Of a stretch of DNA of 64,000 nt, positions 26,459 through 39,556 are shown piece by piece. The notes under the pieces are model-generated. The model was not told the origin of the DNA. It searched no databases and was given only the letters and a program-made list of their open reading frames with translations. The stretch covers positions 50,096,001 through 50,160,000 of the forward strand of contig OX597820.1 in the NCBI GenBank assembly GCA_951406725.2, read 5' to 3'. Every line of letters starts with the position of its first letter. Position 1 is the first letter of the stretch. Made by a program: the position numbers and the translations under genes. This DNA is from Octopus vulgaris. Taxonomy: Eukaryota.

Positions 26459-27818
26459 TATGTGATGTTGATAGAAACATGTATATGTACGTATACTTTC
26501 CGTATGAAAGATAAATTGTCGACAAATTTACCACTTCCGGATTTAAGGATTACTGCTGAAAGAAAACTACTTCCAAATTGATGTTAGTGATACCGAATCT
26601 CATGTGGTATATACTCGTAGGAGTTCTGATGCTCATGCTTCATGGGTAATAGCTTATCTTGTCGGCAGATTTATCAGTGTTGGATTTAAGGATTATAAAC
26701 TGAAGAAATTGCAAACTGCTTCGCTATTGATACCAGCGAAATTGAATCCCATATGATATCACTACGTAAGGGGCTTCGCTGAAGAATTCATATTCATGTT
26801 GTTTATAACTAGGAACTGTAGTCATTTAGCTTCAAGTTAGGTCGGATCAAGTATATCTATGACTAAAGCTCTTGTAGTCATGATAAACTTTTATGTCTAG
26901 AGCAATATATGTATCGCATGCGTCCTACTTTCTGTAAGGCGCCCTCGAGACCATTCTGTATTTTTGCGTGGGTTTTGTGTACTCTGCACTGCATTATTCA
27001 GTATGTTATATCTGTTTTAACAAGTTTTTTTTTATGGGAAAGCAGGCTGTAATTTTTAGCTAGTATACGAATGCCTAGAATCTCTTCGTTGATTCATTAT
27101 ATCTAGTAGCTGTAGTCTGTTGTTTCGCATGAAATCAGCTCTGGTAGTACAGGCGTATGATTAAAGGCATTATACCCAGCCGTGGCCACTTTGTTCTGTG
27201 AAGGAAACCCAGAGACAAATTATTCAACGTATCCATCTCTCCGATTGAGAGATGTGATTTGAGGAAGATTCCACTGCTATTTCTAGCAAGTCAAATGACG
27301 CCATAGAAATCATTGCATCCGAAAGTATACAACCCCAAACGGTTCATTGGTGAAATGTTCCTCAAATGTTGCTGCTCTGTTACTGGCTGCAGTTACAGTC
27401 ATACTAAATGTATGCTACCTCTATGTAAACTCGTTTTCTATCACGCACTGAATGTAGATACAACTAGTTTGGTTGATTGGTGCAAATGTAGAAACTGGGC
27501 AGTGGTCTACTGATACCAATGTTAAAATGTACAATTAAGCCATGTTAGTACTGTGTATATAGAAGTATAATCACGAAACTAAAGTCAGACACTCTTTAAA
27601 AATATAACAAAGCATAACTTAGAAATAAACAGTAAATAATAATACCACTAGTGAAACCGTGGAATTTAGATAATAGAGATAACTTCAGCTTTCATACTCT
27701 CTTGAAAGGAAACAATAACGTTTAGCATGTAACAAGTTACAATGATTTTCTTTACTATTTTGCAGGGAAACTCTTGGTTTATCTCATCAAATGCCTTTCT
27801 AAGGTCTGAAAAAAAAAA

Positions 27819-28197
27819 TGGTGGCACTCCGTCGGTTACGACGACGAGTGTTCCAGTTGATTCGATCAACGGAACAGCCTGCTCGTGAAATTAACGTGCA
27901 AGTGGCTGAGCACTCCACAGACACGTGTACCCTTAACGTAGTTCTCGGGGAGATTCAGCGTGGCACAGAGTGTGACAAGGAAAGCCCTTTGAAATAAAGG
28001 TACAACAGAAACAAAGGGTGAGAGAAAGTTGTGGTGAAAGAGTACAGCAGGGTTCGCCACCACCCCCTTCCGGGAGACTCGTGGAGCTTTAGGTGTTTTC
28101 GCTCAATAAACACTCACAACGCCCGACCTGATAATCGAAATCGCGATCCTAAGTCCGCGAGTCCGCTGCCCTAACCAGTGGGCCATTGCGCCTCCAC
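27819..28197 (-). mobile_element. tRNA-headed SINE family D
   Basis: Minus-strand head GTGGAGGCGCAATGGCCCACTGGTTAGGGCAGCGGACTCGCGG...ATTTCGATT; GC-rich body; A-runs on both flanks. Confidence 0.75.
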
Positions 28198-28586
28198 AAA
28201 AAAAAAAGAAAAAAAAGTACATAGAAGGGAAATGTCACAATGGTTATTACAAATTTATTACTTGCCTTAGGTTTTGGCACGAGGATTGATGGAAACATAT
28301 TTTATAGTTCAGGGAAATGTAACTGTTACTCCATAGTAGCAAAATAAACCCCTCAAAACAAGTAAAAACAAGCGTTTACGACTGAACTTCTGCTGACCAC
28401 GTAATTACATAGATGCTGTTTAATTTCCAGTCGGATGAACTTCAGTACACGTAGGTTAATATGTAAGTTGTACAATTTCTGATGTTTGAAGAAATAATGA
28501 TCTAAGGAATTGAAGAAATAATACCCTCATGAGATGAGGAATCAATATTCAAACGAATCTTAAAGTTCATACCAAAATTTCATTTT

Positions 28587-28997
28587 CTTTTACTCTTTTA
28601 CTCTTTTACTTGTTTCAGTCATTTGACTGCGGCCATGCTGGAGCACCGCCTTTAGTCGAGCAAATCGACCCCGGGACTTATTCTTTGTAAGCTCAGTACT
28701 TTTTCTATCGGTCTCTTTTGCCGAACCGCTAAGTGACGGGGACGTAAACGCACCAGCATCGGTTGTCAAGCAATGCTAGGGGGACAAACACAGACACACA
28801 AACACACACACATATACATATATATACATATATACGACAGGCTTCTTTCAGTTTCCGTCTACCAAATCTACTCACAAGGCATTGGTCGGCCCGGGACTAT
28901 AGCAGAAGACACTTGCCCAAGATGCCACGCAGTTGGACTGAACCCGGAACCATGTGGTTGGTTAGCAAGCTACTTACCACACAGCCACTCCTGCGCC
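28587..28997 (-). mobile_element. full-length young SINE family B (tRNA head, CORE-like domain, internal microsatellite, (TAAAAGAG)n tail)
   Basis: Minus strand GGCGCAGGAGTGGCTGTGTGGTAAG...GGGTTCAGTCC...GGCATCTTGGGCAAGTGTCTT...GAAACAAGTAAAAGAGTAAAAGAG. Confidence 0.92.
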
Positions 28998-29987
28998 TAC
29001 CCAACATTTATGAGCTAACAGCAGTTACAATATAACGTGTACTGCACGACTGTAGCCATGAAATCTATTTCTAAGCTTCATAGAATGCAACAATATATTT
29101 TCTATCTGCTGCAGATTAAATCTCTGTTGCCTTCTATGCCCCTTCTTCTTCCCCCTTTTCATTACGTTCATTTGAAACTTTTGTGTTTACCTTTCTAGAG
29201 TTGGACGTATTTTTCTCTTACAATTGTCATTTTCCCACTCCGATATCCATTTATTGTGCGCAGTACTTATATTTTCATTGAGATCTGTAACTTAAAGCTG
29301 TTTATCTCTTTGACGAATTCTTTGGTTCTACAGGAAACTTATGAAAATTAATCTGCGTATGTCAAATGCAGCAGAACATGTTGTTTATTTGAGGAAACCC
29401 CAGGATTTTTTTTTTGGTTTTTCCGTAAATTTATGTTTCTTATTCTTAGCTTTGAATAACTTGACTTTTATGCATAGAGAAGCCAATGATATTCTGAAAG
29501 TGTTTCTTCTGAAGTTCTGGTTACCAAAAGTATTAGTATTAAACATTGATTACATATTTGTTTTTATATCCTATGATCGCGTTATCTCGATGTCCGAAAG
29601 CAATGAGTCATAATCAAATATATCCGTAAGTGCTGAAATAAATTTTAAATTTATAAATTAGAAATGTGCAAGTTTTTTTTTAGTATAGAAATTCTACTAG
29701 TATGTAGGAAACTAAAATGATCACTATGTAAATGAACGAGGTAACTACCTATTGTTTCAATAAAATAAATAATTTGCACATACAAAATTACATTTTTTCT
29801 CCTTTTACTTCATGGAACATATCTTCTGTTTTATCTTTGATAGTTTTCGAATATACTATGAAAATGGTCATGAAATGAACTATTCTTTCGAACAACGAAA
29901 GAAGACACAAATGGAAAACAAAACAAACAACATAAAGAACGATCCTTCATCAGTTGTTGGCTGTTTTTCTAGTCTCGTATTTCGAGC

Positions 29988-30164
29988 ATTTAACAACAAT
30001 ATATGCTTTCGATAAAACAGTTGCTCCTGCAAAGCAAATTAAATTTGGGATTCTGTGGAGAATGTTTTCACTGACCTGTTTTGACTCTCCGCAGAATCCC
30101 AAATTTTATTTAATTTACTTTGCAGGAGCAACTGTTTTATCGAAAGCGTATATTGTTGTTAAAT
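29988..30164. repeat. fold-back inverted repeat (about 75-bp arms, 24-nt spacer)
   Basis: 29988-30061 is nearly the reverse complement of 30086-30164; abuts (TACA)n. Confidence 0.9.
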
Positions 30165-30286
30165 ACATACATACATACATACATACATGTATATATGCAT
30201 ACATACATACATACATACATACATACATACATACATAAATACATACATACATACATACATACATACATACATAAATACATACATAA

Positions 30287-30355
<69 letters not shown>

Positions 30356-30427
30356 ATTCCCACACGCACACAAGCATACACACACATATACAGACTTAAA
30401 TACATAAAATATCTGAACGCACACACA

Positions 30428-30931
30428 TATTGATACTGGCTTTTCGAACAAGTGACTTCTTTCTTGCTGCACAGCCATAGTAGCCAAGTTTGTGGAGATG
30501 CCTGACAGTTGTTCGTGGACTGACAACAACTTGTCCTGCAATGTCAGATGCCTTGTAATGAGGATTATCCTCCACACTTCTCTTAACAAAGCGAAGGGTC
30601 CTGTCAGAGAGCCCTAGTCGACCTGCGAGAGGTGATGTGGACTCGTTCCCTTCTCTGGTGAATTGTACCATAACACTATTAACTGTGGAAAGCGGGATCC
30701 CAAAGTTTTCTGCGATTTTACGTTGGCGAAGTCCATCTTCAGATTGACTGATAATGCGGCCTCTTTGAAATTCGGACAGTTCCAGGGCTTCTTTTGTTCG
30801 TGGCATGATTAAACAGTCACATATAGAAACTGAACCATACAAATGTTAATCATTAAAAATATATGTACTTTTTCAAGTTGAAATAAACATAAAACGATGT
30901 TTTATTGGGGTATCTATTTGATTCTGTCATG
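30428..30931 (-). mobile_element. Tc1-like transposon 5' part with N-terminal HTH region
   Basis: ATG at 30806: [19 protein letters not shown]...[17 protein letters not shown]...[11 protein letters not shown]...[20 protein letters not shown]; truncated before the DDE domain; TA at the outer end. Confidence 0.85.
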
Positions 30932-33790
30932 TATATATATGTGTATAAATATATACATATATACATAATACATACATACATATATACGCACATACATTTA
31001 TAGCCAAAGAGGATCTAGGTGTTCAAGTGAATGAAATAATACCTCAACGATATTGTGAAGATGAAGTATATGTATTAACGTATTAATTCAGATGTCCTTA
31101 CTTGAAGTTTTATAAACTTAAATATGTACGTCAGAGGATTTGGAATTGGCTTCTGTACAGATTTCTTCGACTAAATTTCATACGACCTGGCAAAGAAGCT
31201 TGTATGCAGCCCAACTAGAATTTTGTAGCTTAATTGTACTTCTTACTGTATTGTACTGAAATGAAAAGAAAAGATAAGTTACTCATCCTTTGATCATCTT
31301 TTATGACAAATCTACTTAATCAGGTTTGAGTTAGAGTATATTTGTTACATGGTATGATTTGAATAACAAGCAGTGTCCAAGGCCATTATAGAACCACCAA
31401 GGTTGGTAAGCTTGATGCAGTTAAGGTTCTGTGTACAATGCTGCAAATCAATATCCACCGGAAAAATATGAGCAAGAAGATACCAGAATGTCGATGTTCT
31501 GGCAATGGAGGACTGGAAATAATAGTTATCACGGAGCCGGTGGAGTGGCGAAGGGCACAATGATGATGAAGAAAGGTAGAGAAACGAGTCGTTTTGGTTA
31601 CCCAATTGTTAGAGGTTTGAGACTAATCAGTTCTGAGAAAGAGAGACCATTATAGTAGCGACAGATCGAGCACACATCATGCCAGTGAACTAGAAGTTAC
31701 AGCGTGTCTGTCAGTAAATGGTTGCCAGTATGCTACGTGGCCTTTCTTTGGATGAGGGCTCCTGATGTCTGTAGATACAGTTGCATCAACGTCTTAGGTG
31801 TGGGAGCAGTATTCCACTGTGAACCTTACTTGTGTGTCGGTAAATTTTAGTGGCTAAACTTTTTCAGGTACAGAAGGATAAGGTTACTCTTTGGCCTAAA
31901 GAGTATAAACTAAAATAACCAAATTTTATTGAAAAGATTTAGGTCAAACCTTCTCAGATTATAATACTAGACATTTATGTATGGAGCCGTGCAATCAAAT
32001 AAAATCCTAAACCATGTGGTTGTTAAGCAAACTTCACAAACACAATGCAATGTCTGCGTCCATTTAACACACAAGTCTTCTTGATCGAGGCTAGCTCAGA
32101 GATAAACAAAAACAAAAGCAATAACACTAACTACTACTACTACTACTACTACTAACGCAGCACTTAAAACACTATTTCGAACATAAAAAAGTCGAAACAA
32201 AAATATAACAAAACATTAATGGTAACAATATTGTGATCAATAAATATATTGAAATTGAAATTAATAATGAAATAATTGATTTGTTGTTCTATACTTTTTG
32301 TTCTACCGAGAAAGCAGTGAAGAGAAATAAAACAAACAAAATAGACGTCAATAAGGGGGAAATCTGGTGGGAAATAACATACGAGTTAGACATCCTTTCA
32401 GTACAATAACCAGAAACGAATAAAATAAATATATATTATCATATATACACATGTATTCAAAAGTATTCGGATATTTTATACATCAATATATACATACATA
32501 TATAAGTCTATATATATATATGAATACACATGAATTTACGTGCGTGATGTGGTGGGTATAACTACTCATATATGAAAGAATGCTGGTGGAATGCTCTTGC
32601 CAAGATTCGGTAAAATGTACGCTCAATCTACATTATGATCTAAGACAGAGGGAAAAAATGCACGGTAGAGGAAATCAGTTGCCCTATAGTTGTTGACGTA
32701 GTGTTAAGCTTTAGTAAATAGGAAACTACTTATATAGAACTAATGAGAAATCTGACTCACTCCACTCGAACTATCGCTGTGGATTTATATTCATAATTAT
32801 CGGAGCACTTTGTTACGTGACTAATTACTTCAATACAAGTCTCGGGAAGCTGTACTACAGTAAACTGGAAAGAACATGGTTAATTAAAAAATTTTAGCTA
32901 CGAACCATTAAAGCCGTTGTCAAAATATATAAAAGATTCCAAAGGTTAACAAAGAGTAAGTACAGCTACACACCAATAAACATGTAAACATTATGAGCAT
33001 ATGTATAATTTAAAACAAACGGAACTCCGTATTTAATGATATCTATTTTTGCACAGATCCGTAAGTGTGCACACTTATGCGTAAATAAGTATATGTATGC
33101 TTATGTGCATACGTATATACATGGATACGTACGTATATGTATATATGCGTAAAATTCTAATGAAAGAACCCTGTTTCTTGGTTTGAAATATACTCTTTTT
33201 CCGTTGGGGAAAAATTCGAGATAAAACCAAAAGAACATGCTTATACAAAGGCTTACATATATGCATGCAAGCGGGCAAGTAAAACGGATTATTAGATGTA
33301 AACTGGTACATAGAAATGAATCGTCTGAATCAATACAAGCTAATAATCTTTCCCAAAGAAATAAGCAAATATCATTACACGCGACAATAACAGCAACTTC
33401 AATACTAACAGCGACGTATAGTCAGTAATATTCCTGAAGCTAGTAACAAGCTACAGCACATGCTTTCCGTTTGCTCATAAGGACGACAATACATCTGAAT
33501 TTCAAAGCTTCAGAGAACAAACAAATGAACACCGAATTCTGTGTAACACACTAAAAATCATTTAGGGCGAAATGTTGCAACATGCACAAAAATTTAGCTT
33601 GAAAGGCAAGTCATTGAAAACAAATATAAGCGCCTTCTCAGCTAGAACCGTATGTTTTAAATGAAATAGTAGGTATTTATTTGAAAGATATCCAGTAAGT
33701 TACATAAAAACAGTATACGGGAGTTTAAATCTAATGTCTGTGTCAGTTTTACATTTAGCTCATAAAACGGAACTGAACATTAATAATAAA

Positions 33791-34126
33791 CATTATTTAC
33801 AGTATTTACATTTGACAGATATTTGTCCTCATCTTGTTTGTTAACACAACGTTTCGGCTGATATACCCTCCAGCCTTCATCAGGTGTCTTGGGGAAATTT
33901 CGAACCTGGGTTCTCATTCCTACGGTATTTTTCGTAATTGTTATTATTATTATTATTCTTATTCAGGTCACTGCCTGGAATCGAACTCGGAATCTTAGTG
34001 TTAGTAGCCCGCGCTCTTAACCCTTACATCATATGTTAACAACATACAGGATGAGGACAAATATCCGTCAAATGTAAATAATGTAAATAATGTACATAAT
34101 CCCTCATCTCTTAAATATAGAACTGT
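33791..34126 (-). mobile_element. tRNA-headed, hammerhead-containing short retroelement with inverted 3'-end copy
   Basis: 12-bp TSD ATTAATAATAAA (33779-33790, 34127-34138); tRNA-like head about 34034-33968 with B box GAGTTCGATTCC; hammerhead 33888-33843; 33790-33846 inverted against 34034-34093. Confidence 0.8.
33843..33888 (-). ncRNA. minimal type I hammerhead ribozyme
   Basis: GACAC-CTGATGA-A-GGCTG(GAGGGTATAT)CAGCC-GAAA-CG-TT/GTGTT: intact core, 5-bp stem II, stem I GACAC/GTGTT, palindromic AACGTT stem III. Confidence 0.75.
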
Positions 34127-35621
34127 ATTAATAATAAAGATACAAACCACGCGAGTCTTGAGTGTCTATAATTAAAAATAAAATTTGTCAGTGAATGCTT
34201 CGCTGATTCTCATGCTTATGAATTGGAAGATAGACTAAACTCTAAATTATATCAAATGAGCCAAGAAATAGAAATAAAAACAAAAAAAGCTACAAATTAT
34301 TAATGTATATATCTTAAATGTTACACTGTGTACAGACTGCTTGATAGAAATTCGCAAGTAGTCTAACATAGATTGAATGCAAACAACTTAATTGCTGTAA
34401 AAGTGAAAGTTCGTGGAAGTCTGTATGGGTAAGAAATAAGTTGAAGACGAAAGATGTATTAGTACAGGGTTACTTCAAGTAAGTTGAACAAAAAATGTTA
34501 AAAAAAAACTTCGCACACACAAAAACGAAGAGTACATCTGTATGAAACTGATGGCAGTATGTTAACAATTGTCCTAAGGAAAATGGCAAACAGAAAATCA
34601 CTATTTGGATAAACGTAAAAAAATCTAACCTATTTTATGGTAACAATGCATGGAAAGTCCATCAGGAGATGCGTGGGACGTGTCCAAATGGCTGTCAACT
34701 GTCTTTAATTTTTCTTATTGCTAACAAATCACAACCACTCCGTGAAGCCGAAATTACTATCCAATAACCTGGACATCACCAGGCATAAATTATAGATTGG
34801 GTGCCTGTAATCTGATTTTACAGGATCATTGTGCCTGTTATTACTTTAAATTACTCTCCTATCTGTTTATATTATTCTGCTATCCATCTACTAAAATTGT
34901 ACAGAGCCTGTTCTGTTCGGTAATATTATTTTACGTATATATTTATATTATGATGCTTAAAACATTATGCCGGAATTTTTGTTAAAGTTATCAAAATATT
35001 CCGTTAAATAATTTCATTTATTATCTCCGCCTTAGCGAAGGCAGAGGTATTGTGTCTCATTCGTGTTTGTTTATTTGTTTGTTTGTTTGTCTTTGGACAA
35101 AATATCTCAAGAACCGCTGGATAGATTCGGATGAAACTTTCAGGGATGTTTGGCATTGTGACTGGCACGAACTGATAGATTTGGGGATCGATCCGCTACC
35201 GAACAAGGATACTAGATTATTTGTTATATCTACTTTACTTTACATGAAGTATTACGATCTTACGTTCACTTTCAAGTCTTTCTTTGACTATCTCCCTTGA
35301 AAGCACGCTCATGATTTTCACATAAGTTATGGCGGCGATGCTGTTTCCAAAGTTTTATTTTCGTTTCTCTAATATTTATTTTACTGGCGTCTCTATCTTA
35401 GTAGAAACTGATGGATAAAGAAATCAGACTACAGCAAAACCGATCAGAAAATAAATAACACTAACATATTCGGAAACAATAATAAATATGATTTATCCTC
35501 GACAATTTTTAGTTACACCAATTTTGAATATATCCCTGATATTTAAAGCATCTTACTTACTTGACAATTGCATTTCTAGTTCTGCCTTGAAGGACGCTTT
35601 ATTCCTTGGATTCACGTTTTT

Positions 35622-35750
35622 GTGCGTAACGATTTTGTTAAACCTCCGTATGCAGGTCCTTCCCGTTTCCTTTCACGCACGGATAAATTTTTCCCTATAG
35701 TCCTTAATGGTCGTAAAGACTCTATATCAGTAGATAGACTAAAAAAGACC
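35622..35750 (+). pseudogene. Ty3/Gypsy integrase C-terminal GPY/F fragment
   Basis: RNDFVKPPYAGPSRFLSRTDKFFPIVLNGRKDSISVDRLK matches the R.D....PY.GP..VL.R..K.F...G...VS.DRLK pattern. Confidence 0.7.
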
Positions 35751-36012
35751 ATCATAGACACACGCACACCATTACAAACATGGCCCGCACACCCACATTC
35801 ACATTCCATGATTACTATTGGGATCGATCACGTACCGGACAAAGATTTTGGAATATTTTTCCGTTTTTTTTTTTACTTAATTTTTGAGAGCCGTCAGGTT
35901 CATTTTTGGTATTCCCGTTTGTGAGAGCAGTCGAGTTCAGATATTCTCATTTAAAAGAATCATATCTGGCTAATCGTTGAGAGGACGTTGTTGTTGCCAT
36001 GGCCGAGGTTTG

Positions 36013-37726
36013 TGTCACAGGCGGTTTGAGTTGTTTATTTGTCGTGTTAGACGTGAGTCATAGTGTTAAATATTTGTCTGATTGATTGTTGCTGTTCAAA
36101 TTGTTGCTACTCTTATTTTGAATTGTTGTTTTTTCCCATTGTAGAAAAATGGATCGAGCGTCAGCGGGTGGCCACAGTTGTGCGGCTGCAACTGGAAGGG
36201 GGATGGACGCGGAAGCGCCGGAGGTGCGTGAAGTGAGGGTTGAACCACGAAGAATGAAGGAATGTGATGGGTTGCTGGATGTGGACGGATATACACTGAA
36301 GTTGGCACCGCCTGTGGAAGTGGCAACCGGCGTAATGAGAGAAACGGTGATATGTGAAACAATGAAGATGGCAGCGGGAAAAATAGAAATAGCGACGGTG
36401 GAACCTGAGGAAGAGTGTTTGAAGAGTATAAAATGTCTAACCACATTTATAACAAGAGGGAGAAGGTGCGCTGCTGTGGAGGTGCGTTTTGCATCGGAGG
36501 AAGAAGAAATTAAGCACTACACGGAGACAGTAAGATCCAAGGAAGGGGTGCTTTTGCCATCGTATTATGGAAGACGTGTGGCCGGTGTGCGAGTTGGTGA
36601 GGCGCCCTCAGAGCTGAAGGATGCATGGTGGAAACAGCCATAATGTGTGACATGAATGAGGAAGCCAGGATGCTGACGGTCGCAGGAGCCCAAAGAGTTG
36701 ACTACTGGGGATGTGGAGTGGAATTGACCGTTCAAGCAGCGGTAGAAGACCTAAGCAGAATTGCCGAAGAGAAGGTGCTACCCGATGATGTGGTGGTGGA
36801 GGGTGTGCCGCCTATATGTTATACATGTGGGGAGGGGGAGGCACATGAGGGCGAGGTGCCCCCAGAGGGATCAACAGATGGAGTGGACGGAGAGGCAGGA
36901 GGGAGCAGACTTGGTGGTTCAGGTTGAGATGAAAGAGGGAGCAACGGAGGAGGAGTTCGCGGTGTTTGGGAGAAGAAGGAAAGGTGGGAGAGTGAGCTCT
37001 CCACCAGAGCAGCAGAGGGAGAAGAAGGAAGAGATTGATGGAGAGGGAGGAGGCCAGAAGGAGGGAGGATGAGATGGTGGTGGAGAAAATGAGCGAAAGG
37101 GTACCTGGAGAAGTGTTTAAGGAGGTGTTGCATGAGGAAGAGAGATTGGTGGGGACACCGGTTGTTCCAGTGGAGAAGGAAGGTTTGGAAATGCAACTGG
37201 AAAGTCTGCTCAGGGAGGTGGAAGAAAGGAAGAAGGTATCAGGAGCGGAGCAGGAAAGGAGAAGGCAGATGAGAGAGGGGAGATTTCGATGGAGTTTTGT
37301 GATGTGCAACAAGGAGCAATGAAACTGAAAGGAAAATATTAAAGTTTAAACATGTTGTAGGGGTTAAGTTGTATATTCAGAGAATGTGAAGGCCATCGTG
37401 GTTGACAAAGACACCTACAACAGACTAAAAGACATGTGTGGAAAAGGGATTGACCAGCCGGGTGTGATGGCGGAGTTCGATGAATTGCCACCAGTAGTGG
37501 CGCTAAAAGTTTTAGAACGAGAAAAAATCAATAAGATAATAGAACGATTGCAAATAGTTTATATAAACGTTCAAATGGCACTGCATGGGAATGGGGCCCA
37601 TGCAGCCATTTCTTTTTTCATTTTTATATAACATCTCATTTTCATTCGTTTTATGTTTTTTGTCCCCACTGTGGTGCCTTTGTAGTGTCCCCTTTGTGTT
37701 GTGGCCGTAGTGCCAAAATAAAGAAA
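36013..37726 (+). mobile_element. ORF1/gag-only non-LTR element (Tx1/L1-related), frameshifted
   Basis: Purine-rich broken ORFs 36149-37631 with CCHC knuckle VVVEGVPPICYTCG..(fs)HMRARCP; ends AATAAAGAAAC; imperfect TSD CATGGCCGAGGTTTG (35998-36012) / CATTGGCAGAGGTTTG (37727-37742); no RT seen. Confidence 0.7.
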
Positions 37727-39556
37727 CATTGGCAGAGGTTTGCGCTCTCTGAATGTTCTTGCTTTATTCTTAAATCACCGTTGTGGTCTAATATTTTAAT
37801 TAAACACTTACTACAATAGTATCCCGAAACACTTTATATCACTTTACTTCACACTATAGCATATTATACATCTATTTATTCTTATTGCTTCATATATCTT
37901 GTATATTCATTTAATTATCTAACCAAATATTTGTCAATTTTAAGTCCGTCATTTTCAATTCAATAAACGATTGCCTATACTTGTCTCTGTGTTTCATTAG
38001 AAACTTTAAAATAGAAAGTTGCTTTTTAGGTACCGTATTCTGTACATGATTATTTTGAAAGGTAAGAATATTAATATTAACTCCACGCGTTTACTTAGTA
38101 TTAATTAAATTTAGATTTAATTTATTAATTGATTGCTAAACTTTATCTTTATACATACATAACTTTATAATCAAATTTATACGGAGACAGAAATAATTTC
38201 TTATATTTTCTCTATAATCCATTATAAACCATTAAACTTCCACACCTGTTAACATTGCTGTATTTTATTTTTTCACATTATTTGGATTTTATTCCAAAAT
38301 TTTTGCCAAAAATTTATACGCAGTAAAATATTTTAATATGACTAAATTTAATTCCAAACCTTATTTTCCTGTAACTCGAATTTTTCTTCACTTATCACTT
38401 AGTTTCGTCAATCGTTTCTTCAAATGCAATTTTTCAAAAGTATGCAAATTTATTTTATTCTTCAATTTTCGTAAAGGAGTGTGTTTTTATAAGAGGTTCA
38501 TTCTGTTTACTCATCTTCTCGTCTGTGGTTTCTTTTCTCTTTCCATCACTCACTTTGTTTATTTGTTTAATTTCAGATTTTTGGTTATGGGTTAATATAC
38601 ATAATTACTTATACACACACAGAAGCACACATTGTTTGCTGAATGGTTACGTGAAACTATGAGTAGCAGTTTATGAAGTTTTTGCAGCTTCAGTAAAATA
38701 ATACTTTACTCTATCTTTGGTTCTCGAGTACCATTTTCTACCGCTAGATTTGCATCTATGAGCCACACACATACACACACTCATATACATACACATTTAT
38801 ACATATATTATGTGAGTACATGTGTGTGAAAATAAGGCAAGGCACATATATTCTTGCCTGTGTATACGTACGACAGTGTATTCATGCATGTTACATGTAT
38901 ATATATAGTCACCAATATGAAGCAACCTCTGTGCATATACGTGTACGAAGAGGCATATATATATATACATAGTAACACACCGGCGTAAGTCACTGATGTT
39001 ACTTATACATTATAACCTTTTATGATATACACCATATATGCCTTCGACTTCAGTATGTAAATTATCTAGGATCTTGACCTTGTCCTGTGTAACATTGCAA
39101 ATATCAAGTGTCGGCAATCCTAAAAGGATGGTTGAAGGACGGAGTTTCGACATGGTTCTACAGTATACAAGAAATAACCGTAAATTCCTCTCAACGTTCT
39201 ATTAAAAGATAGAAGATACAATGTTATTTAATGACGGACTCTCTCTTGAAACCAACACAATAACTTCGAGTGGTATATCATTAAGTTCCCGTTGCGTTGG
39301 CCCAACGCTAAACAACAACACCATAGACAGTTACCTGTAAAAGAAGTGACTACACATTAATTAGAATTGCAATTTCAAACTTGCTGTCTGTCACCAGATT
39401 CGCTTCTAGAGCTAGTGTGGTAGTTATCTGATTATCTGAAGCAGTGAAACGTTATATAAATTTTTATATATATCGTGTCCATGTACCCGCCTCTGCTCTG
39501 CTTTCATCATCAAGGCTAAATGATTAGTACTGTTCCTGTTATGAACCCACCTTTAT

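Larger units (their letters stand above)
35019..37765 (+). mobile_element. non-autonomous Helentron-like (HINE-like) element hosting nested inserts
   Basis: 5' TTATTATCTCCGCCTTAGCGAAGGCAGAGG hairpin plus (GTTT)n tract; 3' GGCAGAGGTTTGCGCTCTCTGAATGTTCTTG subterminal repeat and stem-loop. Confidence 0.65.

Noticed and set aside
33968-34034. functional tRNA gene
   Set aside because: The acceptor stem is incomplete and it lies inside a TSD-bounded element, so I treated it as a SINE head; the same applies to the heads at about 11440 and 28197.
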